From: Sporopachydermia quercuum
Lineage: Eukaryota
NCBI GenBank assembly: GCA_001599295.1
Contig: BCGN01000005.1
Span: 1,364,001-1,428,000 of the forward strand
Length of the DNA: 64,000 nt
Direction of reading: 5' to 3'
The notes beneath the pieces were generated by a model. It saw only the letters and a list, made by a program, of their open reading frames with translations, searched no databases and was not told the DNA's origin. The position numbers and the translations under genes were made by a program. Shown piece after piece: positions 21,989 through 33,716 of this stretch (positions are counted from its first letter, which is position 1; every line of letters starts with the position of its first letter).

Positions 21989-23725
21989 ATGGAAGAACCA
22001 AAGCAACCTCATCATGCCGGCAATGGTGAACTAATCACAGCTAAATTATTCAGATGGGTGTCAAGAATATGGAAAACTGATGAGTTTGACAATAGAGCGA
22101 GTAATGAAAAAAAGAGCATAAATGACTCTACAGAAACTGAAGATTCATCTTTTCTTTTAGAAACTGGTGAAAAATCCGATGAAGAGTTTTACGATGCATC
22201 TTCTGACATGATTTTCTCTATTGCTGATCAACAGACTTCTAGTAGTATCATGTCAGATATAAATATGCTGATTGAACATCATGAATCGACCAGTAATTTG
22301 ACCAATGACTATACTGATTTTAATGCTGAAACTAGTAAACATAGAACCGGATATTCAGATAATGAAAGAACTGGTAATAATGAGATCAATGAATTGAGAT
22401 CTGATAGTAAAACTTCGACAGATGGTATTAGAAATACTACACTATCCAACGACACAACGGAAAACAGTGATAATGAAAGGCCGCCGAAGAAACAGAAGCT
22501 GGATGAGAATGCTGAACAGACAACTGAGCAGAAAAAGGATAATGAAAAGAAAGCCAAAAAGAGAAAAATGAAACGCAAGAAGAATCGAAATACAGATACT
22601 GAGTATCGAGTACAAAATTTTGATTATACACATGATAATTGGTTTAATAAATGTCCAGAGAACTGTGAAGTGTATAAAAATCTAATTCTTCAAATATCGA
22701 GTGATGTTGAAACTATACAAGCAACACCAGAAAAAAGATTACCAAAGCCTTGGAGATATATTTCGGAAATTCAAGGAGATACTGAGAAAGCTGAAAGTGT
22801 CGAAGGTAGGAGTAGTAGTGCGAAAAGGAAACGAAAGAGAAAAGAGAAGGAACCTGTCGATGAGACTGAACGTGAGGTCAGTAGTGATGTTGAAGCAGAG
22901 AGTCATGGTATAACTCAGGATTCTGATGGGCTGAAGGAAGCGAAGATTAATATTGATGAGGAACCTGTAATAGATTCCTCAACCAGCGAATCTAAAGGCA
23001 AGGACCCCAAAGGCAAGAAATTTAATAGCAAGAAATCCAAAAGTAAGGACTCCAAAGGCAAAAAATCCAAGAAAGAAGAATCCGCGAGTAACGATACAAA
23101 GAATAATGAAACTGAGATCAATGAGTTCAACAGTGAGTCGAAGAACATGGATTCCAAGACTTGTAGAGAACCTGGGATCGGGGAATCTACAGCCATCAAA
23201 CCCATCCACATTTTGAAAGGATTGGAGGACGTTGATTATCCCTTAACAGAAAACTTTGCTTTCTATGAAAAGCGAAGCAGCAGAAGAAAGAAATTAAAAA
23301 AAAGATCAACACGCTCTCCATCAACAAATCTTCCTTTGACTTTGGATCTGAGTCGTTTCCAAAGAATCCATATTAAAGACGTTCCTATCACGGGCATTAT
23401 TGGATTTACAATCTTGATTTTAGACCCAGAACTTTATCAGCCAAGAATCTCTCAAGTTTTAGCAGCAATTCTGAAAATTGATACTGAAAACTCCGTTGTA
23501 CGAATGAAGATAGACCATAGATGTCTTGGTTTATTGCTACCTAAGGAACAAGAAAATAAAGTACCTTGGGATCTGATAACAGAGGAATCGTATAAATATG
23601 GGGTTAGGGATCTCGATTTCAGTTCAATTCGAACTTGTGTGTTAATATTTAAAGATTCTCATACGAAAGACGATGAATTTCTACCAAAATATCTCAGTCT
23701 TGTTGGAGGAGAACAAACAACATAA
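21989..23725 (+). CDS. Charged low-complexity protein with C-terminal coilin/Mug174-like Tudor-type domain
   Basis: 578-aa ORF with Lys/Glu/Ser-rich body and several basic NLS-like runs. C-terminal DLSRFQRIHIKDVPITGIIGFTILILDPELYQPRIS resembles the coilin C-terminal domain (judged from memory). Confidence 0.6.
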   Translation: MEEPKQPHHAGNGELITAKLFRWVSRIWKTDEFDNRASNEKKSINDSTETEDSSFLLETGEKSDEEFYDASSDMIFSIADQQTSSSIMSDINMLIEHHESTSNLTNDYTDFNAETSKHRTGYSDNERTGNNEINELRSDSKTSTDGIRNTTLSNDTTENSDNERPPKKQKLDENAEQTTEQKKDNEKKAKKRKMKRKKNRNTDTEYRVQNFDYTHDNWFNKCPENCEVYKNLILQISSDVETIQATPEKRLPKPWRYISEIQGDTEKAESVEGRSSSAKRKRKRKEKEPVDETEREVSSDVEAESHGITQDSDGLKEAKINIDEEPVIDSSTSESKGKDPKGKKFNSKKSKSKDSKGKKSKKEESASNDTKNNETEINEFNSESKNMDSKTCREPGIGESTAIKPIHILKGLEDVDYPLTENFAFYEKRSSRRKKLKKRSTRSPSTNLPLTLDLSRFQRIHIKDVPITGIIGFTILILDPELYQPRISQVLAAILKIDTENSVVRMKIDHRCLGLLLPKEQENKVPWDLITEESYKYGVRDLDFSSIRTCVLIFKDSHTKDDEFLPKYLSLVGGEQTT

Positions 23726-23821
23726 ATACATGGCGAAAGAATCATAAATATTTATATGTGTGATTGTGATGTACCTATGTGGTGTACGTACGTGTATGTA
23801 TACTTTGCTGATATGTCTAGA

Positions 23822-24838
23822 CTAGAAATCTATAGCAGCAAATGTTAAGTCATCAGCATTTAATATATCTGATCCAATCTCAGTGACTATTTGGTACCAA
23901 ATTTCGTTTCTTGTCTTAACAGGCCAGTTGGGTGTATCCCATATTCTGGTCATAAGACCTAGTTTTTGAGCGGCCTGCACCTTGGATTTTATTATTTCAA
24001 CTTCTGTTGCATTCAAAGGTATTTTCTTATAGTTCTCCTGGGAGGTAGTGCCTAAGCACTGCCATAGAGAACCTGATGCTATAACTGATAATTCTTTATA
24101 TTCAGCATCTATATTTTCGCCTTGAATTAAAGGAGCATCAACGAAAAAGTATCTTTTATCTGTCTTTGACTTGAACTGGCTTTTAATTGTTTCTAGAGGA
24201 TAATCCCCAGTAAATGTTATTGTTAATGGTTTTCGGACAAATGTTTTGCTAGCATAATCATAATAAGACAAATAGTCCTTCTCAATGAAAGGCTCCAACT
24301 CATTGAGGATCCTTTCATAAGTTTCCACAGGTTTGTTCTTGAAATCTATCAAAAGACTTAAATCAACTTCTGGGGAATTATAGAAAACGCCTGCTTTATA
24401 ATCATGGACATTCTCTAAGCAATTCACCTCGTCGAACATTTTTTCTAATGGATCAAGGTATAAACTCCTTAACGTTCGATCTTTTGAAAGAAATACTTCA
24501 TTATGACCAATGAACAAGGTATCTTCAATAAAGTGTTCAGAATCGTTGTTTGTTATTCCTATTAGGTCATCCATAACCCACACGTCCGCTTCTATACTTC
24601 TGATACCTAGCTGGATAGCTGACACCATTGGTTCTTCTCTCCAGTAATCATTATGTGAATGGATATTGAGAATTTCGGTATCTTTAGTCAAAGACGCTGC
24701 TCTTGATTTTTCTGGATTGCATACCTCGTTCTCTTGCTCGTTAGCCATTGAACTTTTCGTTGTGAAGATAGGTGATGAAAAGGTAAGTCCTATTAGCGCT
24801 AAGGCTGGTATAACTTTGAATCCTGTTGATTTAAACAT
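23822..24838 (-). CDS. AIM6: Aim6-family PLC-like phosphodiesterase
   Basis: Hydrophobic N-terminus, IHSHNDYWR, SIEADVW, GHNE...TLRSLYLDPL, LLIDFK, TRIWDTPNWP and LNADDL motifs. Confidence 0.9.
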   Translation of the reverse strand: MFKSTGFKVIPALALIGLTFSSPIFTTKSSMANEQENEVCNPEKSRAASLTKDTEILNIHSHNDYWREEPMVSAIQLGIRSIEADVWVMDDLIGITNNDSEHFIEDTLFIGHNEVFLSKDRTLRSLYLDPLEKMFDEVNCLENVHDYKAGVFYNSPEVDLSLLIDFKNKPVETYERILNELEPFIEKDYLSYYDYASKTFVRKPLTITFTGDYPLETIKSQFKSKTDKRYFFVDAPLIQGENIDAEYKELSVIASGSLWQCLGTTSQENYKKIPLNATEVEIIKSKVQAAQKLGLMTRIWDTPNWPVKTRNEIWYQIVTEIGSDILNADDLTFAAIDF

Positions 24839-25252
24839 TGCTGGAGTTCTAGTAGCAGATACTGTAAAGAGAAGCTTTTGTTGTTACCGTGGGGTAGCAT
24901 AAATATGAATCATTCGAGGTACGTAGATGAATAAACGAGTGCTCGACACTTCACCAGCTAGGTGGTCTACTACTGTTCGTATAACCAGTTTCAATGGTTT
25001 GACAAGAGCAGAAAGAAAACAGCTACAACATATTGTACTTCCACAAAATCTGAAGAACTATAAACGAAGAAACAGTTATTTAAGTAATAGTATTTAAGGA
25101 TAGTATTTGAGGCATTTGAAAATTTGTTTTCGTTTAGATGTACTGGAATCTCCCTACAAGAGAATAGCTAGTTCAGAACGTGGAGAAGTTTTTCAAAATG
25201 TTATGCGATGTCACGTAATACGGACATAAGGTTTGCGAAGTTTAACTCAGGT

Positions 25253-25258
25253 ACGCGT
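25253..25258. promoter_or_regulatory. MCB element (ACGCGT) in the divergent AIM6 / mannosyltransferase intergenic region
   Basis: Exact ACGCGT hexamer; a single copy, so weak. Confidence 0.3.
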
Positions 25259-26435
25259 TAATACGAGGAGACTTGAAGTTAAAGGGGTGTTTGTTTCGAT
25301 GCGACGTGATGGAAATAATAGGAATTGAACGATAAAAATTTGGAATTCTAACAATGTTCGAACTGTGGTCATACTGAGACTTTTTTGCTAGTCTGTAGTA
25401 TTTTAGAAGAATAGGTAGGTAGATCTTGATAACTGCTACTTGAAAGATGATGAGAAAATCTTTAAAGTTAAGGTTAGAAGTTTTGTTGAAACCTTGTTAT
25501 ATTAGAGTACTTCATTAAACTCTAATTATTGCTTATGATAGATTGCTAAAACCTCACACAGCAATACAACCATACAATTGTGTTGGATTAATTAGTTATC
25601 GCTAAGATAAAACAACAAGTAGGATGCTTATTAGCCAATTTCTTTCATTGCATTGAAAATAGATAATGATGCATAGACCATTAACCATATTTAGCTATCA
25701 AATGTTCTGATTTCTTAAAACCCTAAATTCCGGAAAAAGTACCCATTTTTTCCCTCGCATTTGTTTCCGGCTTAATACTTGTATCAAAATTGTTCAAGAA
25801 TAAATCAAGTGTCAAAATGGTATGAGCACCAAAATAAAATCAAATGAATACTACAAAATACTGTCATTTGAGCTGCCTAGTGATGAGGAGCAAGATATTT
25901 CTTATCATTTTCTCCCCATCTTTGGCTTCTAATCTACCTTTCAATTGAAGAGCTAATATACCATATACTCAAAAGAGTTAACAGAGCTCAAACATATATT
26001 TCAGACTCATCATCAATGATTAACTATCGTTATCTACCGTAGATATAACAGTAAAAAAATGAGATAGAATAAGGGTGATTAGCGAATTGTACTTCTATGA
26101 TATCTTGAATTTTTTTATTGCTTCGTTTGATTTACAACGTTCGATACTCGCTGGTTTATCTTCTATTGTGCAGCTACCCTTCCTATTCCTTTCTCCTCTG
26201 GTTGCTATTCATTAAGATGAAATCTATAGATGAAAGGCAGTTACGAGAATAAGCAGACTTTCTTACTGATCAGTAGCTTGATATATTTTAGCAATTTTGT
26301 CATTACTGTTCTAAGAAAGAGCTGATTTCAATTTTTTTTCCCTTGATATCTTCCAGATTGTGAGTGACATAAACTACTTGTCTCCTGAGCATTCTCTTGA
26401 AAATCGCCATATCCTGAGTTCAATCATCAATCGAA

Positions 26436-27605
26436 ATGAAACCCTTTAGAAGGAGAGCATCTTTGCTTGGTACCGTATTTGCATTTTTGCTATTTGTAAT
26501 AGTATATCATCAAAAAAGATATTTATTCTCTGCAGGGAAATCGCATATAAAACTAAAGATTAAAGAAGAATCTTTAGAGGAATTGCGACAGAAACTGGAG
26601 GTCGAATTCCCTTACGATGATTCTTCACGCTTACCTAATAATTTGTATCAAACACTACCTGATAATTTCAATGTATTAATATCCAAACGACCATACTTGA
26701 CTTGGAAAAAGCTGAATCCTGATACTGATATAATATTATTTTCTGATACTGAAAGTGAGGATTTTGTTTCGAAAACGTTTATGATGTTTCCAGAGATCGT
26801 TCAGGTATATGCATCTTTACCTGAAGGTGTACTGAAAGCTGATTTTTTTCGCTATTTGATCCTCTTCGCATGCGGTGGAATTTATAGCGATATTGATACA
26901 GTTCCTTTAAAACCAATAGGTGAATGGATTATTAGTAACGAAACGGAATTCGATACAATAACTAATGAGTATACAAAAATTGATGATAGCGTCACTGGCA
27001 GTCGACCTTCTGATGTTGGCTTAGTTATAGCTATTGAAGCGGATGACGATTCTTCAAATTGGGCCGAAAAGTACTCTAGACGTATTCAGTTCTGTCAATG
27101 GACTATTATAGCAAAAAAGGGTCATCCTGCTTTATCTCTTATGATTACAAACATTGTAAGTAGAACCTTTGAAATTCTAGCGAATAATGATCAGCATTAC
27201 ATTGAAGGCGATGATTACATTACGAAGGTTATGAACTGGACTGGTCCTGGGATTTGGACTGATAGCATTATAAGCTATTTACAGAGTTCTCTGGAAGAAA
27301 AAATTGACTGGTCGATGTTTACCAATTTAATGAAACCTAAGATGTTTGCTGATATTTTGGTTCTACCTAGAAATGCGTTCAATGCTGGCCTTGATGATTA
27401 TGATACTGAGACACAGGAGTATCCATGTTTCTATGTATCGCATATGTTCAATGGGCTGTGGAAGGTCAGAATTATAAGTAAGAGGAACAGAGANAAATGG
27501 AAACATATAACAATGGTATCTTTGATTGCCAGCCTGTGTTTTGGTGGACTAGTCTTTTGGGTAAAGCGTCAAAGAAAGGTAATCACTTTTGTTAAGGATT
27601 CATGA
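26436..27605 (+). CDS. Alpha-1,6-mannosyltransferase, OCH1/HOC1 family (GT32)
   Basis: N-terminal type II TM, LKADFFRYLIL..GGIYSDIDT (DxD motif), RRIQFCQWTI..K.GHP, VMNWTGPGIWTD and H.F.G.WK. Confidence 0.88.
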   Translation: MKPFRRRASLLGTVFAFLLFVIVYHQKRYLFSAGKSHIKLKIKEESLEELRQKLEVEFPYDDSSRLPNNLYQTLPDNFNVLISKRPYLTWKKLNPDTDIILFSDTESEDFVSKTFMMFPEIVQVYASLPEGVLKADFFRYLILFACGGIYSDIDTVPLKPIGEWIISNETEFDTITNEYTKIDDSVTGSRPSDVGLVIAIEADDDSSNWAEKYSRRIQFCQWTIIAKKGHPALSLMITNIVSRTFEILANNDQHYIEGDDYITKVMNWTGPGIWTDSIISYLQSSLEEKIDWSMFTNLMKPKMFADILVLPRNAFNAGLDDYDTETQEYPCFYVSHMFNGLWKVRIISKRNRXKWKHITMVSLIASLCFGGLVFWVKRQRKVITFVKDS

Positions 27606-28612
27606 ATTGAGTGGGTTTAGTTAGTTTGTTTGATGGTTTAGAGCAGAGATTTTGAATAGAGTTCATGAACTGTTCTCGGAAGATTACTGAAGTATTAATA
27701 TGGTAATCTGAATGTGATGTGAATTTCTTGTCGAATACTCAACAATAAAGCACTGTTGCCTACTGCGGATTCATGCATGCTTTTCACTTTGGGCAGTTAT
27801 TCAATCAATTTCATTGTGAAATTCCTTTGCTGGTGGATTCAGGAAAACATGAGGTATATTATGGATAATATAGGACGTTTCATAGAGTGCAAATTTAATG
27901 CAATGGTGAATATCTTGGTAACATTTTATTCATTTAAGTGAACTTCATCTCTCTGGTGGAATTCTAAGGGAGAATGATTTCATAGAAATCCACANAACAT
28001 TTAACTTTATATTTAACTTCGTTCACTTGCATAAGCTTTAATATGTCATTCTTATAATGAATATGTAATCAGTTAGCCCATAAGTCTAATGATTAAGAGA
28101 TTATTATAGAAAGAGTTCATTCACAACAGATCTTTCTACACGGCATATATCGCCCGTCCAGTAGTTCAATATGGAACCTATGGAAGACGGAAGACGGCGT
28201 AGCATCGTATGGAAATATTACTATATTAATTAGCCGAAAATGAAGGTCACGTAGCTAAACGACGAAAGCATAGTAGTAGATCTGGAAGAGGGAGTCGTCG
28301 GCATTTCTGCACTGCGACTGCAAGCATATGTACAAATGTAGATTTGTAAAGTAAATACAAGTACATCGCCAGACAGGTGTAAATATGTGGTAATACATGT
28401 ATATATATATGTATATGTTGATGCATCTGTACTTGCAAACGGGACAGAAAAAATAAAACTCAAAACTCAAAAGCGAATGGGAGACTCTAGCAGAAAGAGA
28501 TCCACACATGCATTGGAATTATGAAAATAGAAAGCGAGAGAGATGATGATATAGAGAAAAAGAAAGAAGAAAGAATGTGCTTATGTATAATTTTATGCCT
28601 CCACTAGTATAC

Positions 28613-29740
28613 TTACGGATGGAACAGAATCTTGATGTGATTGGCCTTGTTATGGAGCAATTCCATGAACCCATTCTCAATTCCATCCTTCAGGTCCACC
28701 TTCGACGAGATCATCATCTTCACCTCCTCGATGGGAATTTCTCCGGCCTCAAATGCCGCAACTGTATCCTCAAAGTCAATCATCAGGAAGCAGATAGACC
28801 CAGTCACATACTTCTCCGAGAACGTGACATGCATCGGCGCATAGTCCACTGTCTTGTTCCCCCACATCGCTACGTTCGTGGAGACCCCATGGAATGTAAG
28901 CGCCTTCAGCGCAGTCTCAAACGTTATAGGGAACCCTGAGCAGTCGTATGAACGGTTGAACCCTCCGCCCGTGGGTGAAAGCGCCCTAAGGTCTCGGATA
29001 CACTCATCAACACTCTTCCCAGTGGGGTCGTACGTCTTCACTCCAAGTTTTTCGGCAAGCTCCCGGCGAATTGCTGCAGGCTCGCTAACCACAATATCCT
29101 TGCAACCATGTCCTTTCAACGCAAAGATTGTAGTCAAACCAATTGGTCCACCTCCCAGTATAAGTGCGCTATCGCCCTTGGCATACTCAGAGACCCGAAC
29201 CGCATGCCAGGAAACGGCAATCGGTTGCACGAGGGCTGCAACATCCGGCGGGATTTTGGAATCGTCATATCGGATCAACTTTTTGTAACATGTTACCATG
29301 TATTCTGCCAGCCCACCATTGCTAAACCCCAACCCCGTGAGACAGAGATGCGTGCAGGCGTTGTAGCAACCAGCGGAACATGCGTCACATTTGTCAGTCC
29401 CAAAAAGCTCTGATTCCGGGAATCGGTAGATGTCATTACAGGTGCCAGTCACTTCTACAACAACCTTGTCTCCAGCTTTGAACCCCTTGACGTCGGTCCC
29501 AATCTCAACAACCTCTGCGGAGATCTCATGACCCATTACACAAGGTGCCTTTAAACCTGAGATGATATGGCCATCGGGTCGGAAGAATATAGGGCCATCG
29601 GTATACTCTTTCAGATCGCTACCGCAGACACCGGTGAACAGAATGCGCAGCTTGACGTCGTCAGCATGCTGGATTTCCGGCTCCGGAAATTCGTCTGTAT
29701 ACCGTATATCACCTTTACCGTAGAATGCGATTGCTTTCAT
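28613..29740 (-). CDS. Zinc-dependent medium-chain dehydrogenase, 2,3-butanediol dehydrogenase (BDH) / Candida IFE-like
   Basis: CGSDLKEY.DGPIF, GHE zinc motif, structural-zinc cysteines (CDAC..GCYNAC), GGGPIG nucleotide-binding motif and terminal HIKILFHP. Confidence 0.9.
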   Translation of the reverse strand: MKAIAFYGKGDIRYTDEFPEPEIQHADDVKLRILFTGVCGSDLKEYTDGPIFFRPDGHIISGLKAPCVMGHEISAEVVEIGTDVKGFKAGDKVVVEVTGTCNDIYRFPESELFGTDKCDACSAGCYNACTHLCLTGLGFSNGGLAEYMVTCYKKLIRYDDSKIPPDVAALVQPIAVSWHAVRVSEYAKGDSALILGGGPIGLTTIFALKGHGCKDIVVSEPAAIRRELAEKLGVKTYDPTGKSVDECIRDLRALSPTGGGFNRSYDCSGFPITFETALKALTFHGVSTNVAMWGNKTVDYAPMHVTFSEKYVTGSICFLMIDFEDTVAAFEAGEIPIEEVKMMISSKVDLKDGIENGFMELLHNKANHIKILFHP

Positions 29741-31245
29741 TGTCTTTTTCTAAAATAACTTTATCCTATCTTGTCTCTTCGTTCGAGGTGTATGTAATCG
29801 ATATATGTAGCCTCAATCAACACCGTGGAAAGAGTCAGTTCTAGTGTAACAGATATTTAAATGAATGGAAATTGCATAATATTTACTCTCCCACCAGTGC
29901 CCAATATATACATATATATATATTCATCTATCTACATATAAACTGTAAATGTAAATGTGTGTATGTGTGTATCCTCATCATCATTCGTCACTGCTATCCG
30001 ACATGCCTGCCATTCAACTCTAAGCCCAGCCTATATCAAGTTGCATACTTTGTCACGTTTTGCTCCGTTTTGGGGATGGCCGCATTCAAAATGCACTTGA
30101 ATACTGGCTTCTTCGGATAGGGGTTATTAGGTCCGGGGCTTCTATCTTGAGAAAATGATAGTCAATTGTCAAATGTCAACAACACCTACACACCCATACA
30201 CCCTGGATCATCCACATTGAGTTCTTTGTTAATCGGCACGTCTCCCGTGAATCAACTGAAATAGACTAGAGATTTTAAACTCATCGGGCTCAAATATTAG
30301 GGTAAAATGCGGAGGGAAAAGAAAAACAAAACAATCATATTTATAAACATAAATATAAAAAGCCCTGTTGTTTGTGTGTAACAAACATGTATGAATGGAA
30401 CACAGTTCAAAGGTCAGCCAGTATGGTAGAGCTGAAGCAAAGGTCTTGAAACACCAGCAACTGAATTAGTGCAGTAGGTCTTTTATAGACCTCTTAGTGT
30501 CGGTTAGTTTTCTAAGTCTGTTTACATTCGTGCGTATTTTCACAGTTATATATATTCTACTACTACGACTACACTGTCCATTATTTGTGTATTGTGGTTA
30601 TTCTATGTCTTTCTCATCCTGTCGTCAGCAGAATGCCAGCATATACGTCATACTCATTTACAATATGATAATGCTATGCGGATAGGATCAAACGAAAACC
30701 TCAAAAGAGTCAAGAGATCTACTATTGTTAGCTCTTGCATCGTGTATATATGTGTGATGTGTATGTATCATTGAGGTGAGATTGGAGGGGAAAGATCTTC
30801 TCTCTAAACCTAAATCCTATTATACATTCCATTCAAGTCGACAATATGGGAAGACGTAACATAAGAAACTCGGTGATGAACTCTGTAGCGGACTTAGCCA
30901 TTAAATACATATATTTGTTTATTTGTTTGCTTGATCTATTTGCTCAACTGTAAGTAACGAATTTGAGTAGGAATTCCTTCTCGATATGTATGTCCATAGG
31001 TATCATAATGTATGAATTATGTAATGTCAGTTAATGACTTGAAAAATGCCATTACAGTACAAAATAAGGAAGCATGTGGAAGACCGGGGAAGTGAAAAAT
31101 TGATGGTAATACATTATAAGCCGGGATGATGGTAAGGCGTAGGTAGTATGGTTGGTGTTGGTTGTATATAAATGTCAGATATTGTATGAGCAGATAAGGA
31201 ATATTATGATATAAATAAATATCGGTTCATACTTTCTCACGTTAT

Positions 31246-31500
31246 TTACTCGGACGTTGCTCCTACATAAAGAGACTCGATGTGTTGGAGAATAGGAACA
31301 ATCACTGTACCAAGCTCTTGTTCGATTCTGTATAAGCCATATCTACCATGATGTGTAATCAGGTTGATTGCAAGACCAGGGTGTCCAAAACGACTGGACT
31401 GGCCAACTATATGCAAATATGTCTCGGCGGTCTTAGGGAAATCGTGGTTACTAACAACATTAACAGTTTGGATATCAATACTCCTCATTGAAGAATCGAC
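31246..31500 (-). pseudogene. DHH1: Degenerate C-terminal fragment of DEAD-box helicase Dhh1/DDX6
   Basis: [43 protein letters not shown]...[10 protein letters not shown]...SLYV tracks Dhh1 [43 protein letters not shown]. Motifs V and VI are eroded and no N-terminal domain is seen. Confidence 0.85.
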
Positions 31501-31638
31501 GTTTCGTTTCTCCCGCTTGTTATCATAATCAAGGAATATATCTGCAAGGAATATATCTTGTATTCTGAATCTATAATCACGAAATAAGAAAGTATGCTGT
31601 CTCTTAAGTAAATGTAGACACTCCATTTGATTGAAAAA

Positions 31639-33147
31639 ATGTGTTTTGGTAGATTCTTTAGGTTTAGCAGACCTTGTATGGGCTTTCATGATTCTCAATC
31701 AACAATCATAGGTTTACCAAACATTTCAGACGAGTATACACCTAAGTGGATGAACAATAGAGATAAAAAACTAGCCAATTACTCTTCATCTAAAAGTCTT
31801 CCCACAAATGTTGATGTATTGATAATAGGAAGTGGTTTTTCAGGAGCTTCTGTTGCCTACAATCTTATCGAAAGTTCCACCGATTTGGANATATGCATGG
31901 TAGAAGCAAGAGAGACATCATCAGGAGCCTCGGGTAGAAACGGTGGACATCTACATCCTGATTTCTTTTCTTATGCTGATTTTGAAAATTCGAAAGAGAC
32001 AATTAAGCGAAATAAGTATGAGATTAGAAATTTCCAGGCATTGCTGGCATTGATAGAAGAGTTGAACATTGAGTGTATGGTGGATGTTAACAGGAGTAGC
32101 TCTGTACCAACAGGGTTCACTGTGTTCCACCAAATGCAAGAATTTGAAATTGCAAAGCAAAAAGTTAATTATTTATTGAATTTAGACTGCAATTTTGGTT
32201 CGGATATTAGAATCTTAGAGGGTGAATCTGCTCAAAAGGCTACAGGAATTCCTACTATTGTAGGAGCAATTCAATCGCCTGCCTATCCAATTAATCCTTA
32301 TGCTTTAGTAACTGGGATTGTAAAGTATTGCCTGAGTAAAGGCTTAAAACTATATACTTGTACATTGGTTAAAAGTATAGACAAGAACTCAGAGGATACT
32401 TATACTGTTTTGACATCAAAGGGCATCACAACAGCACGAAAAGTAATTATCTGCACCAATGGCTATTCCAATTTAGTGACGTTCAATAGTGCCACAGAAT
32501 CCTTGTTTATACCTGCAAGAGGGCAGGTCTCTGAATATAAAATCAAAGGTGAATTACTCTGGAATTCATCAACAAATATAAGCTCGGAAGACGAGTACTG
32601 TTTGATTATAAAAGATAAGCCAGATGAAAATGAATGTTCAATTATCTTTGGTGGTTGTAGAAGATTTGCCAAAAGTGAACAGCTTGGAATTATTGACGAT
32701 TCAACTGTGAATAAGCACATATCCTCGATGTTAGAACAGTATTTGCATTGGGACTGGGGATTAGAAGGTCATAATGTTACTGTTGAGAAAGTAAGAGAAT
32801 GGACAGGTATAATGGGATTTACAAGAGATGGATTACCTGTAGTAGGAAAAATACCAAAAGAAAAGGGTTTGTATATATTATCAGGGTTCAATGGGCATGG
32901 AATGCCTAGAATATTGGAAGGAGCAAAGATACTTGTAGATTTCTTTGTGGTTGAAGATCTAAATAGAGAAAAGAGAGAACCAGATTGGAAAGATTATGTC
33001 ACTGTTGAATGTGTTGGTGAGAAGATTTCGATTCATGAAAGATCGATTGATCTGAGTTACGAAGGGAATAAATGTTTGCCTGAATGGTTTCCCACATCAT
33101 TTTTGTTGACTGAGGAACGTCTTGAAGCAATGAAAGATAGCATATAG
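31639..33147 (+). CDS. FAD-dependent oxidoreductase (DAO / PuuB-like family)
   Basis: [11 protein letters not shown] dinucleotide fold, [39 protein letters not shown] and GFNGHGM. Start could be the ATG at 31639 or 31678. Confidence 0.85.
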   Translation: MCFGRFFRFSRPCMGFHDSQSTIIGLPNISDEYTPKWMNNRDKKLANYSSSKSLPTNVDVLIIGSGFSGASVAYNLIESSTDLXICMVEARETSSGASGRNGGHLHPDFFSYADFENSKETIKRNKYEIRNFQALLALIEELNIECMVDVNRSSSVPTGFTVFHQMQEFEIAKQKVNYLLNLDCNFGSDIRILEGESAQKATGIPTIVGAIQSPAYPINPYALVTGIVKYCLSKGLKLYTCTLVKSIDKNSEDTYTVLTSKGITTARKVIICTNGYSNLVTFNSATESLFIPARGQVSEYKIKGELLWNSSTNISSEDEYCLIIKDKPDENECSIIFGGCRRFAKSEQLGIIDDSTVNKHISSMLEQYLHWDWGLEGHNVTVEKVREWTGIMGFTRDGLPVVGKIPKEKGLYILSGFNGHGMPRILEGAKILVDFFVVEDLNREKREPDWKDYVTVECVGEKISIHERSIDLSYEGNKCLPEWFPTSFLLTEERLEAMKDSI

Positions 33148-33506
33148 TTGTAAGTTTGACGAGAGTCGCAGACGGTAAAAAGATAAAATACAGGATGACA
33201 TACCATGGTATCCTAAAAACGGTTGATAATAATGCATTTTTTAGAATATTGCTATGTGAATTCAATTGCCAATAAGGATTGAGGGGAAGGACTTTCCTTG
33301 AAAGAGATTTGCTTGCCGCTTACCGTCCAATGTGCTCACCATTAGAATAGAAGTATGTTAGGATACAGATAATCTCATTTGTCGGTCGCAATATACGATG
33401 AATCTCAATTGACCTCTCAATTGATGACAGTTTATAGATAGGCGAGAATCTAGTAGAAGAATTCTCGCCTAGAGTTTGGTCAATATAGTAAGTAATTCCG
33501 TGTCCT

Positions 33507-33716
33507 ACGGTTTCCAACGGAAACCCTTAGACAAGAGAACTCCGCCTTTTACCGTCGGCAGAAAAAGGATGCTCAGCTTTCAGATAAGGTCGATTTCCTC
33601 CTTTGGATGATAAGATATGTACGGAAGAATTAAAGTTGGATATCAAGACATGGGGACATAAAATGTTTCTTTTGTGAAGAGAAAATGTCATCACCGACGG
33701 TTTCCAACGGCAACCT
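33507..33716 (+). promoter_or_regulatory. Duplicated ACGGTTTCCAACGG element plus GATAAG sites upstream of URC1
   Basis: Exact 14-mer at 33507-33520 and 33697-33710 (CGG-N7-CGG). GATAAG at 33583 and 33609. Confidence 0.55.

Noticed and set aside
30410..30480. tRNA-like TGGTAGAGC stretch
   Set aside because: No B-box or T-loop (GTTCRA) and no cloverleaf.
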